Assembly (NCBI GenBank): GCA_016180815.1
Contig: JACPAN010000004.1
Location: 44,358 to 108,357 of the forward strand
Length of the DNA stretch: 64,000 bases
Reading direction: 5' to 3'
Source: Elusimicrobiota bacterium
Lineage (GTDB): Bacteria > Elusimicrobiota > Elusimicrobia > JACQPE01
Of the stretch, positions 27,273 through 36,293 are shown one piece after another. The notes beneath the pieces are model-generated. The model searched no databases, was not told the DNA's origin, and was given only the letters and a program-made list of their open reading frames with translations. Position 1 is the stretch's first letter, and every line of letters starts with the position of its first letter. The translations under genes were made by a program, and so were the position numbers.

Positions 27273-27785
27273 CTATCTCGTTATGAGTTCTGGAAATGGT
27301 ATTTCTCCAGTCTGGATAAAATGAGCCAAAATGCGAGCGTTCGCATCAGCTTCTTTATAAAAAATCGTGTTACTGCAATTGACTGTAAAAATATCTTTAT
27401 CAACCCCGGGAGATCGTACAACCTGATATGCAGCTCGACCTTCGATTGAGTTATATGTCTGGAGGACAAAATCAGTAGCGACTTGCAACTTCATGCCGCT
27501 GTATTTTCCAACGAAGGATTGCGCCCTACCCCACGCTGCATTTGATTCGTCCTTTGGGACGCCGAATTCAAGTGGGGTGCGCAACAAAGAAGCCACGGCT
27601 TCTCGCTTCTTCTCAAGTTGAATTTCATCGTACCCCTTGTCACTTTTACGATATTTTGTGGGATTTCGATTTACATCTTCCAGCAACATTTTGTCTTCCT
27701 TGCTCAAAAATACCTGCCCGCATGAAGCGGACGTTAAACACAAAATGGAAACCATAAATTTGCCAATAACCTGATTTACCGACAT
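27273..27785 (-). CDS. Hypothetical lipoprotein
   Basis: AT-rich ORF with hydrophobic stretch and SASC lipobox-like motif; start uncertain. Confidence 0.6.
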   Translation of the reverse strand: MSVNQVIGKFMVSILCLTSASCGQVFLSKEDKMLLEDVNRNPTKYRKSDKGYDEIQLEKKREAVASLLRTPLEFGVPKDESNAAWGRAQSFVGKYSGMKLQVATDFVLQTYNSIEGRAAYQVVRSPGVDKDIFTVNCSNTIFYKEADANARILAHFIQTGEIPFPELITR

Positions 27786-27982
27786 CCTGCCTGCCTTCCC
27801 GACCAATAAAAAATACTAACGTCTGTGCGGGTGTCCCTTCTTTACGGTAAAGGTCTAACCTTTACACCCCAAAAAATTCGAGGCTAATTGTAATCTAACA
27901 GAGCAAAAAACGAATGTAAAGAGCTTGATTGATTTCAAGGCAAATGGCTGGGGCTCAATTCCACTTTTGATTTAAGACACAT

Positions 27983-27999
27983 CGATCGCTAAAACGATC
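27983..27999. repeat. 17-bp direct repeat, right boundary of AT-rich cassette
   Basis: Matches 26219..26235; 65 bp from the tRNA-Glu 3' end. Confidence 0.75.
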
Positions 28000-28064
28000 G
28001 CCACTGGTAGGCTCTCAGGAGGATATCGGGCTAGCTTTTGAAGCGTTTCTCGACGAAAAAAGCT

Positions 28065-28139
28065 TGGTGCCCCCAACGAGATTCGAACTCGTCCTTCGGC
28101 CTTGAAAGGGCCGTGACCTAACCACTAGTCTATGGGGGC
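28065..28139 (-). tRNA. tRNA-Glu(TTC)
   Basis: GCCCCCATAGACTAGTGGTTAGGTCA-CGGCC-CTTTCAA-GGCCG-AAGGACGAGTTCGAATCTCGTTGGGGGCACCA. Confidence 0.95.
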
Positions 28140-28258
28140 GTTTCTGCAGGCGCTCATTATACGAAGCTTGCCGGCTGCGCATCCCTAGCCCGATAATTCC
28201 GCCTTGCTTTTCAATCAATCAGGGGATATACATGATAAAGAGGGGCCAAGGAGGTTCC

Positions 28259-28837
28259 ATGAAATTCAAATCCAAGATGCTGATCGCCTTTGCCGTTGCC
28301 GCCATGAGCGGCCTTGCGCATGGAGAGCTTTGTCCGGGCGATCCCCTGTGCAACGCGCTGGTTCGACCCGTTCAGCAACACCGCGAGGACTGCATGCAGG
28401 AAATTTATCGCGCGGAACAGACCTCCGGAAACACCGATTTCAGCATCGCAGCCGAAGGCAATATCATCGCCGAAATCATGGGCCAACGCATCCAGCAACG
28501 ATTCTCCGCTGAATACGGGCTGCCGCGACTTCAACGCGATCTTTATTCCGGCAGCCAATGGGGCACAATGGGGCCGAGGTTTGATCAGCAACGGTTGGCC
28601 GTGCGAGTCACCCATCCCGCCGAAGGACGCAACGAAGCTTATTATGACCGGCAATTCCATCGATGCTTCCAGCGCTCTTTAAGCCGATTCCAGCGTTCCT
28701 TTCGAACGCCGGCCTTTACTCTCGCGGAGGGCGGAGGCGCGGAGTATTATGAAATCATTCCCATCAACGCAACGAGAAGAGCGATCGGCAGAACCGAGTT
28801 CGATGAGGGGGAAATGGTCGCTGAAGAGGACGACTGA
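28259..28837 (+). CDS. Hypothetical exported protein
   Basis: AAGGAGG RBS before ATG 28259; signal peptide MKFKSKMLIAFAVAAMSGLAHG. Confidence 0.7.
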   Translation: MKFKSKMLIAFAVAAMSGLAHGELCPGDPLCNALVRPVQQHREDCMQEIYRAEQTSGNTDFSIAAEGNIIAEIMGQRIQQRFSAEYGLPRLQRDLYSGSQWGTMGPRFDQQRLAVRVTHPAEGRNEAYYDRQFHRCFQRSLSRFQRSFRTPAFTLAEGGGAEYYEIIPINATRRAIGRTEFDEGEMVAEEDD

Positions 28838-28845
28838 ACATCGGC

Positions 28846-29229
28846 GTGAAAATTTTGATCGCGGATGATGAGGTTCGGCAGCGCCAGCTCCTGGGATTGA
28901 TGCTGTCCAAATACGACTGCGCCATTGTCGAAGCCGGAACCGGGTTGGAAGCCGTGACCGCGGCCAAACGCGAACGGCCGGACTTGATCATCATGGACCA
29001 TCATATGCCTGAAATGCCGGGCTACGAAGCCATCAAGGAAATCCGGAAAGACCCGGCCATGGGGAAGGTTCCTTTCGTCATGGTGACCATCGATCCCCAT
29101 ATCCAGGGGCGCCAGGAAGAAGAGGCCTTGGAAGGCTGCGCGTATTTGCCGAAACCCTACAGCCAGGAACAGCTCTTAAGCACGATCAGCGTGGCGATCG
29201 GCAAAACCTTTCCCCTCATTAAACAGTAA
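28846..29229 (+). CDS. Single-domain response regulator (CheY-like)
   Basis: KILIADDE, DLIIMDHHMPEMPG, VMVT, YLPKP. Confidence 0.9.
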   Translation: MKILIADDEVRQRQLLGLMLSKYDCAIVEAGTGLEAVTAAKRERPDLIIMDHHMPEMPGYEAIKEIRKDPAMGKVPFVMVTIDPHIQGRQEEEALEGCAYLPKPYSQEQLLSTISVAIGKTFPLIKQ

Positions 29230-29235
29230 GCCTCC

Positions 29236-30594
29236 CTACAACTTGGAGTCAATCAAACCCAATTGCCGTCCCATCCAATAGGCGATGAGGAAATCAACGC
29301 CGCTGTAACGATGAATCACGCCCTGGGTCTGATCAAGCTGATACGGATCGCGCTGCCAAATAATGTCCGTATTGGGGCGGCGCCAGACAGGCAGGGGCTG
29401 TTTGGCCCAGCGTCCGATTTTTTCAATCGACGAATCCGTTGAATTTTTGACAGACCCGGGCTTTTTGGGAAAGGCGAACTCCTGAAGCGTCTGAACGGCG
29501 ATCTTCAGGCGATGAGGCTCCATCGGGTAATACGTCCCGTAAACGAAACTAAAAAACGAATTGCCTTCCTTGCGAAATTTATGAAACAGCCGGTTAAAAT
29601 TTTTATCCAACAGCCGGCGCAACTCGGGATCGGACTCGGTCCCCAACAAAACGTAGTAAGCCATGAAAGCCAGGTGCTGATGGTATTCCTTGCCGTACCA
29701 AAGCAAATGAACCTCACCCCTGGCCGCGCCGCGCACGACCGCCGAACCTTGCATCAATTTCGCCTTTTCCCGGTCAAACAGAGGGTCGTCGGAAAGATAG
29801 TCCGCGAAACTTAAAATCGCGATCGTCGTCAAAACATTGGGCGTTCGGATCAGCCACCCCACGAAACGCTGATCCCCATATCGCGTCGCCGTGCCGTCGG
29901 CATTCCTGAGTTTGTAATCGTTGGCAATCAGGTTGCGGGTCAAATTTAAAAATAAATCTTTGGCCCGGGCCGAGATCTCGGGATTGCCGAATTTATAAGC
30001 GCAATAAAGCCCGAAGACATGGCCCGTCAAGGACGAACCGCTGGCGTCTTCGACCCAGTCATAAGGATCGCCTTGGCGTGAATAACGGTGCGGATGTGTG
30101 TCGCCTCCGGACGGATCGATGCCGCGCACCAAAAACGCGTTGCCGTAACCCGCCTGAAGCAACGCCTGGCCCTCCAGCGATTTGGCCAAATAGAGACGGT
30201 CTCTGGGGGAATGGGTCGCCGCGTATTTGAAAGCCCGAAACGCGGTGTGATAACCCTGCCAAATGGCCATGTCCCCCAAATCATTAGGGATCATGCTCCA
30301 AAAAAGCCGGTCGTCGTGTTTTAAAAAATCAGCCTTGATTTCCTCATCGAACAGCTTGGCTTTCCGATGCAAAGGCCTGGCATCTTTGATGTCCGGCGGT
30401 CGCGTGAATTCATCGAACGGCTCTCGCTTGTGCAGCGAATCGGCCAAGCGCATGGTCGCCAACTGAAATTCCCAGACAAAAGGCTTGAGCAAATCCCATG
30501 GGTACTCGACATGCCGGGACCTGGATTCGGCGGCGCCCAGGGGGCCGATAACGGCGGCCGGCAATAAAAGAATAAAACAGAATCTTCTCATCAC
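29236..30594 (-). CDS. Hypothetical exported protein
   Basis: 452-aa ORF with signal peptide; helical, aromatic-rich. Confidence 0.7.
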   Translation of the reverse strand: MMRRFCFILLLPAAVIGPLGAAESRSRHVEYPWDLLKPFVWEFQLATMRLADSLHKREPFDEFTRPPDIKDARPLHRKAKLFDEEIKADFLKHDDRLFWSMIPNDLGDMAIWQGYHTAFRAFKYAATHSPRDRLYLAKSLEGQALLQAGYGNAFLVRGIDPSGGDTHPHRYSRQGDPYDWVEDASGSSLTGHVFGLYCAYKFGNPEISARAKDLFLNLTRNLIANDYKLRNADGTATRYGDQRFVGWLIRTPNVLTTIAILSFADYLSDDPLFDREKAKLMQGSAVVRGAARGEVHLLWYGKEYHQHLAFMAYYVLLGTESDPELRRLLDKNFNRLFHKFRKEGNSFFSFVYGTYYPMEPHRLKIAVQTLQEFAFPKKPGSVKNSTDSSIEKIGRWAKQPLPVWRRPNTDIIWQRDPYQLDQTQGVIHRYSGVDFLIAYWMGRQLGLIDSKL

Positions 30595-30655
30595 ATGAAA
30601 ATTCTAACCTTTCCTGATGAGAGGCGGGGCGCCTAAAGAGACTTGAGCGCGATTC

Positions 30656-31903
30656 TTATCTCAGGTGTTCGGCATTAATCAAGCCGCGGCCCTGTTCTTC
30701 GGCGGAGAGCCCCGGCAAAGGAACCGCCGCCCGCATCAACGCGGCGCGTATGGCCGAAGGGGTCCTTGACCCTTTGGCAACGGCCAACACCGCCAAACCG
30801 GCCACATGGGGAGTGGCCATCGACGTTCCGGAGTAAGCGGCAATCCCGTTCTGCCTCACTGTTGAGGGGATTTTCACCCCGGGAGCGATGAAATCAACCT
30901 GGGGTCCGCGGCTTGAAAAGGCCGCGATCCCTTCTTCGGTCGTCAGGCAGAGCCTGGTTTCCGTAATCCCCTGCGGACAGAGCGCCGACACGGCGACGGC
31001 GGCATCATAAGCCGCCGGAAAATTGACCGCGCCGCCGTCATTGCCCGCGGCCGCCACCAAAGTCACGCCGCGCTGCACCATGGTATTAACGGCATATTCG
31101 AAAAAGAAATTGCCCTGAGGCGCGCCCAAGCTCATATTGGCGACGCTCATGCCGTTTTCCATGCACCACATCATGCCGTCGATGATGGACGTCAAAGAAC
31201 CGGAACCATCTGCGGACAACACCTTAACGGCGTAAAGCCGGGCCTGTGGGGCCACGCCCACGACGCCCTGGCCGTTTAACGCCGCGGCCACAATGCCCGC
31301 CACATGCGTGCCGTGGTTATGATCGTCCGTCCAAGACTCTTCCTTGTTGACGGCGTTATAACCGCCGGCCACATTGCCGGCTAAATCGGAATGCGAAGCG
31401 TCGATGCCCGTGTCCACGATCGCCACCTTGACGCCTGCGCCCTGATTGCTCGGCCAAGCGGCCGGCGCATTGACGCGGCGCACGCCCCATTGAACCTCCT
31501 GCGATTGTTTCTCACGGCGCGCGCTTTGACGGACTCGGGCAACGGCGCGGCTATCAAAGCTTTCCCGCAATGTTGTCATCTGCACTGCGACAGGATCGCT
31601 CAATAACCAATCGGTTTCAAAGTCGTTTTCGAAACGGCTGACTTTCGGGTGCCTTCTGAGATTGCCCTTGAAGGCATCTTTGTTCGGCAACGCGACTTCA
31701 GCGGCCACGGCGTTTAACGGCGGCCAATCGCGCAATACGGTTCCGCCGAGAGTTTCGATGATTTGCCGGCGCTCCGACGCCGAGGTCCCCGCTAGAAAAC
31801 CGATAATGAAACGGTGTTCTATGGTTTTGACGGGAGCGGCATGGATTTGGACCGAAGGAATAAGGATTGCGAACAGCGCGACGACGAAGATGAGGCCTTT
31901 CAT
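30656..31903 (-). CDS. S8 subtilisin-like serine peptidase with propeptide
   Basis: VAIVDTG, HGTHVAG, SGTSMATPHVAG triad; AGGAGG RBS before ATG 31903. Confidence 0.95.
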   Translation of the reverse strand: MKGLIFVVALFAILIPSVQIHAAPVKTIEHRFIIGFLAGTSASERRQIIETLGGTVLRDWPPLNAVAAEVALPNKDAFKGNLRRHPKVSRFENDFETDWLLSDPVAVQMTTLRESFDSRAVARVRQSARREKQSQEVQWGVRRVNAPAAWPSNQGAGVKVAIVDTGIDASHSDLAGNVAGGYNAVNKEESWTDDHNHGTHVAGIVAAALNGQGVVGVAPQARLYAVKVLSADGSGSLTSIIDGMMWCMENGMSVANMSLGAPQGNFFFEYAVNTMVQRGVTLVAAAGNDGGAVNFPAAYDAAVAVSALCPQGITETRLCLTTEEGIAAFSSRGPQVDFIAPGVKIPSTVRQNGIAAYSGTSMATPHVAGLAVLAVAKGSRTPSAIRAALMRAAVPLPGLSAEEQGRGLINAEHLR

Positions 31904-32013
31904 CTGGCTCCTCCTTAACGTCTGCACTTTCTTCAAAGGGACCTAAAGTCCCAAATTGAATTGGGACTATTGATACATATTTATTGATTATTGTCCAGAA
32001 CCGGAAAACGACG

Positions 32014-32871
32014 CTAAGCCTCTAGCGCTTCGGGAGGAACGATCACTTCGCGGCCGTCGGCTTCTTTTAAATAGCCGGCTCGTTGCTTCGGGTCATGCTG
32101 AAAAACCAACAGCCAGTCGCGCTCCTTGGCCTGAGCCAAAAGGCGACGCTTGGCATGAAGAGTGTCCAGCGGAAACAAATCGTAACCCATAATCCATGGC
32201 AAGGGCACATGGCTTCGCGTGGGGATCAAATCGCCGAGAAACAAAGCGCCTTGGCCTTGAGATTCCACCAAGGCGCATTGATGGCCGCGCGTGTGGCCGC
32301 CGCTTTTTAGAACCTTCAAGCCGGGCTCGATTTCAAACTCTCCGTCCACCAACTCAAGCTGTTTGGCCTCATCGACAGCCAAAAAATTTTCAGGCAGATA
32401 ACTGGCTTTGTTTCTTTCATGAGGGTGAGTCGCATCCTCCCACTCGGCTTTTTGAACGATATATTTGGCCTTAGGGAAGGCGGGTTTGACGCGGCCGTTT
32501 TCGCGCAACGTATTGCCCCCGCAATGATCGAAATGCAGATGGGTATTGATCACCAAATCGATGTCTTCGGGCTCCAGGCCCCGCTCTTTAAGGGCATGAA
32601 AAAGAGTCCGCTCGCGGCGCACGTCGAACATTCTGAGGAACTTGGGATCGCTCTCGTACTTCGATGAGAGCCCGGTGTCCACCAACACATGATGACCGCG
32701 CGGGGTTTTCATCAACAGGCAGCCCAAGGCCAACTCGATTCTGTTGCGGTCATCAGACGGGTTTGATTGATCCCAAAGAACCTTGGGCACGACGCCGAAC
32801 ATGGCGCCTCCGTCCAAACGAAAAAAGCCGTCCGATACCGAATGAAGCTCGAAATCGCCGATCTTGAGCAT
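32014..32871 (-). CDS. MBL-fold metallo-hydrolase (YtnP-like)
   Basis: LDGGAMFGVVPK, THLHFDHCGG, GHTRGH, MGYDLFP, FQHDP. Confidence 0.9.
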   Translation of the reverse strand: MLKIGDFELHSVSDGFFRLDGGAMFGVVPKVLWDQSNPSDDRNRIELALGCLLMKTPRGHHVLVDTGLSSKYESDPKFLRMFDVRRERTLFHALKERGLEPEDIDLVINTHLHFDHCGGNTLRENGRVKPAFPKAKYIVQKAEWEDATHPHERNKASYLPENFLAVDEAKQLELVDGEFEIEPGLKVLKSGGHTRGHQCALVESQGQGALFLGDLIPTRSHVPLPWIMGYDLFPLDTLHAKRRLLAQAKERDWLLVFQHDPKQRAGYLKEADGREVIVPPEALEA

Positions 32872-32875
32872 GGAT

Positions 32876-33613
32876 TTATGCTACCAGTTTCACGAGTAAA
32901 AGCGCGGCGATGATCAACAACAGAGGGGTTAAAAAACGCTCGGCGTGATCGATGGCCAAACGCGCGCCAAGGAAGGCGCCGCCGGCGAGGGTTACGGCGA
33001 ATACGCTTCCCAAACGCCAATCCACGTAACCTTGCCAAGCGTAACTCGATAAAGAAAGTACGGCCGAGGAAAAATTGGCGATTTTAGCCGCGGCCATGGA
33101 ACCTACCAGCCCCAACGGCGTGGTCCATAGAAGAACCAAAAACATAAACGTACCGCCGCCGGGACCCCAGGCCCCGTCATAAAAACCAACGGCAAAACCC
33201 AGTCCCAGGGACAACGTCGACACGGCGCCGTTGCTTTTGCCCGCTCGCGACGACGGCGCGTTGAGCGCCTTATTTTTAAGCAAGAGCGTGGCCGCGCACA
33301 ACGCGGCGCCCAGCCACAACAATACAGGATAAAAGGGAACGAGCAAGCGAGGAGAGACCGAAGCGCCGCAGAATGCGCCCAATCCGACCGAAACCGCGAA
33401 ACGAATGGCCGGACCCCAGGCCATGCGGCGTTTGACGCCGTAAACCGTGATGGCGGCCAGGGTCGCGGCCGCGGCGCCGATTTTATTGGTGCCGATGGCC
33501 CACGGGGAAACGCCCAGGTGCAGCATCAAGGCGGGCACGGTGATCAAACCGCCGCCGCCGATCACTGAATCGATAAATCCAGCCAAAACGCCGGCAGCCA
33601 ACAGCAAGGCCAT
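32876..33613 (-). CDS. TauE/SafE (TSUP) family transporter
   Basis: AGFIDSVIGGGGLITVP, AIGTNK, GFYDGAWGPGGGTF. Confidence 0.9.
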   Translation of the reverse strand: MALLLAAGVLAGFIDSVIGGGGLITVPALMLHLGVSPWAIGTNKIGAAAATLAAITVYGVKRRMAWGPAIRFAVSVGLGAFCGASVSPRLLVPFYPVLLWLGAALCAATLLLKNKALNAPSSRAGKSNGAVSTLSLGLGFAVGFYDGAWGPGGGTFMFLVLLWTTPLGLVGSMAAAKIANFSSAVLSLSSYAWQGYVDWRLGSVFAVTLAGGAFLGARLAIDHAERFLTPLLLIIAALLLVKLVA

Positions 33614-33682
33614 TTACGGGATAATGAACAGAGCTTTCAATCGCATATCAATTTCAGAGTTTAAGAAAATTTATGATCGAAT

Positions 33683-34537
33683 ATGACCATTAAGATTTTT
33701 TCCGATCTCAAAACCACCGCCTATGAATCGCCGGGGCATCCGGAAGCGCCCTGGCGCGTCGGCAAAACCCACGAACGCCTGAAAGCCGCCGGGCTGACCC
33801 CTCAATTGCCTGAAATCAAAGCCTCGGCAAACAACGTGCTGCTGGCGCACACCGACAAACACTGGAGAAACGTTCAAACGGGAAATTTCGAGGACGTGGA
33901 CACGCCTGATTTCCCCGGCATGGATCAAATCGCTCTGATTTCCCTTTCCGGCTGCTTGTCCGCGCTTAATTCCGCCCTGAATGGGACCCCTGCTTTTTCC
34001 CTGATGCGTCCACCCGGCCATCATGCCGCCCAAGAGCGCGTCGCCGGTTTCTGCTACGTCAACAACATGGCGGTCGCCTGCCGCAAGGCGCTCGGCGACG
34101 GGCTGCGCGTGGCGACCCTCGACATCGACGTGCATCACGGCGACGGAACCGAGGCCATCGCCATGGGAGAAAAAAATTGGCTTTTTGTTTCCCTGCATCA
34201 ATCCCCTCTTTATCCCGGCACAGGGCTTTCTTCGCGGTCCAATTGCGTCAATTTTCCCCTGCCGCCGTACACGAATGAACTCGCTTATCTTGAAGCGTTG
34301 GAAGCGGCCATCAAGCGCATCGGGGATTTTAAACCGGATCTTTTGGGCGTTTCCGCGGGTTTTGACACGTACAAGGAATGTCCGATCGCTCAATTCAAAC
34401 TCGAAAAGGAAACCTACGCAAAAATCGGCCGTCTGATCGCCGAAACGAAATGGCCGCGTTTTGCGACGCTGGAAGGCGGTTACGCCCCTGATCTGCCGGT
34501 TTTAATTGAAAATTTCATCAAGGGTTTCGACGGCTAA
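33683..34537 (+). CDS. Histone deacetylase family protein
   Basis: GHPEAPWR, RPPGHHA, GFCYVNN, DIDVHHGDGT, SAGFD, LEGGY. Confidence 0.95.
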   Translation: MTIKIFSDLKTTAYESPGHPEAPWRVGKTHERLKAAGLTPQLPEIKASANNVLLAHTDKHWRNVQTGNFEDVDTPDFPGMDQIALISLSGCLSALNSALNGTPAFSLMRPPGHHAAQERVAGFCYVNNMAVACRKALGDGLRVATLDIDVHHGDGTEAIAMGEKNWLFVSLHQSPLYPGTGLSSRSNCVNFPLPPYTNELAYLEALEAAIKRIGDFKPDLLGVSAGFDTYKECPIAQFKLEKETYAKIGRLIAETKWPRFATLEGGYAPDLPVLIENFIKGFDG

Positions 34538-35124
34538 AAAACTTCCAGGGGGAACAAAAGCGGCGCCTCGCCTTTCATTCCGTCGATTCGCCCCAAAACG
34601 CGGACCGGATGATCGGATTCAAGCGGCGGGATAGGCTCATGCTCCCGCCAAAAAACAGGCATTTGCTCATGACCCTGATAAAAATGCCCTTGTCCGTTGA
34701 GACGGACGATTTCCCACAACACCGCCTTGCCGATGAAGCTGTCGGGGCTGACGGTCACGTCTTCATAAGCCAATGGATTGTTTGCGGCCCAAATGCGGTA
34801 AGGCTCCAACGCGATCAGCCGGCTTTCCTGCTCAAAAAAAACTTCCGCCATTTTCGTCAGGCGCTCGGAATCGATACCCCAGGCCAAGGCCGCGCCGAGC
34901 AAGGCCGTCACGAGCCAGGGGCTTGGGCCCCGTTTTTTGGGAGCGAGAGCGGCCAATTCTTCGGCCTCGATCTCCTCTTGAGATTTGAGGCCTTGATCGG
35001 TGAGGATATAAACTGGGGGTTTTTCGTTAGGATCGTGCTGAGGAGACAACGCTTCAATGACCTTGAGTCTAAAGCTCAGCAAGCCACTTAAGAATACCGC
35101 GCGCCAAAAAAATCCCGCTGACAA
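34534..35124 (-). CDS. Hypothetical membrane-anchored protein
   Basis: ORF within a minus-strand gene run; start uncertain. Confidence 0.55.
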   Translation of the reverse strand: MSAGFFWRAVFLSGLLSFRLKVIEALSPQHDPNEKPPVYILTDQGLKSQEEIEAEELAALAPKKRGPSPWLVTALLGAALAWGIDSERLTKMAEVFFEQESRLIALEPYRIWAANNPLAYEDVTVSPDSFIGKAVLWEIVRLNGQGHFYQGHEQMPVFWREHEPIPPLESDHPVRVLGRIDGMKGEAPLLFPLEVF

Positions 35125-35527
35125 TGCCGCCGGCCAAACCGATTAAACCGCCGAGGATGCCCAAAGTAATGGCCAACCCCATCGATGACATGGCGCCGAA
35201 ACCCGCGCCCAAGTAAGCCAAGCCGCCGCCGGCGATGGCTCCTGAAGCCACGGCCGCCAAAACCACGATGGTTTTGGTTTTGGCGGTCTTGGACTTAATG
35301 GGCCTCGGAGGTTTCGTTGCCCGTATGTCAACGGACGAGGGGCGCTCCATCACCGTTGTCCGCGGCGAATCAGGAAGCTCCACAGGCCGCAAAACGCCTT
35401 CGGGATTCGCCGTTGAAGAGAAAAATTGATCGTTGAGAAATTGCCACCGGTTCAACGGGGCGTCTTCGGATGGAGCGGCTTGCGCGACGCTCCCGATTAA
35501 AAAAACGAAACAAACGGTTTTGTTCAT
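35069..35527 (-). CDS. Hypothetical protein, signal peptide + Gly-rich TM hairpin
   Basis: 4-bp overlap with the NYN gene stop. Confidence 0.6.
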   Translation of the reverse strand: MNKTVCFVFLIGSVAQAAPSEDAPLNRWQFLNDQFFSSTANPEGVLRPVELPDSPRTTVMERPSSVDIRATKPPRPIKSKTAKTKTIVVLAAVASGAIAGGGLAYLGAGFGAMSSMGLAITLGILGGLIGLAGGIVSGIFLARGILKWLAEL

Positions 35528-36288
35528 GGAGCCTCCAGATAATGAAGGTTAATCATGCCGTCAAGCGCCGCTTGCTGCAAACCGGCATGGGTCAAGCCGC
35601 GCACCGCCGCGATCTCCACGGCGACGCGGCCCTTGAATCTGTTGCGGATGGACTCGACCAAATCGAGAAAGTCTCCGTCGCCGCTGGCAATGGCCACGAC
35701 GTCGAGGCGATTAGCCTCCTCCATCACGTTTAAAGCCAGGCCCACGTCCCAGTTGCAGGTGAACTCCCCGGAAACTTTTTTAGCGGGCTCTTTTTCAAAC
35801 ACTTGATAACCCATGGCCTCCAAGCATCCGCGCAGCGTTTTATTGCGCACGATATAAGCCGATTTAAGGGCCAGCACACGAGCGCCGCCGGGCGCAGCGA
35901 TCAGGCGTTCCGCCTCCTCGAGCAAGCGCTCCATGGGCGGGTCTTGTTCAAAACGGTGCTTCCAGCAAAGACGGATATTTTCAAAATCTATGAATAGACC
36001 GGCTTTTTTAAGGCTTAAAAAATTATCCAAGCGCCGCTTTAATTCGCCGGTTTCGGTCCGGAGCCGTTCGTTTTCCCGGCGAAGCATTTCCGTCTGCGAA
36101 GCGCCGTCTTGTCCCTGTCGCTGGACCTCGGCGGCCAGCTCATGGACGCGCTTTGACTCGCGCTCGAATTTTTCTTTTTCCTTTTCGAGCGCCCGGCACC
36201 GCCGCTCCGATTCGTCAAGCTTGATATTCTTTTCTTTGATTTCCTTCGTTTTTTCTTCGAGCAGCCGCTCGATTTTCTTCTGTTCCAT
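35524..36288 (-). CDS. NYN (LabA/DUF88-like) domain protein with N-terminal coiled coil
   Basis: LFIDFENI, WDVGLA, IASGDGDF. Confidence 0.85.
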   Translation of the reverse strand: MEQKKIERLLEEKTKEIKEKNIKLDESERRCRALEKEKEKFERESKRVHELAAEVQRQGQDGASQTEMLRRENERLRTETGELKRRLDNFLSLKKAGLFIDFENIRLCWKHRFEQDPPMERLLEEAERLIAAPGGARVLALKSAYIVRNKTLRGCLEAMGYQVFEKEPAKKVSGEFTCNWDVGLALNVMEEANRLDVVAIASGDGDFLDLVESIRNRFKGRVAVEIAAVRGLTHAGLQQAALDGMINLHYLEAP

Positions 36289-36293
36289 AATTT

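Noticed and set aside
35524..36288. NYN nuclease as a defence or toxin gene
   Set aside because: Sits 5 bp downstream of metG in a host-like gene run with no partner antitoxin or island features.
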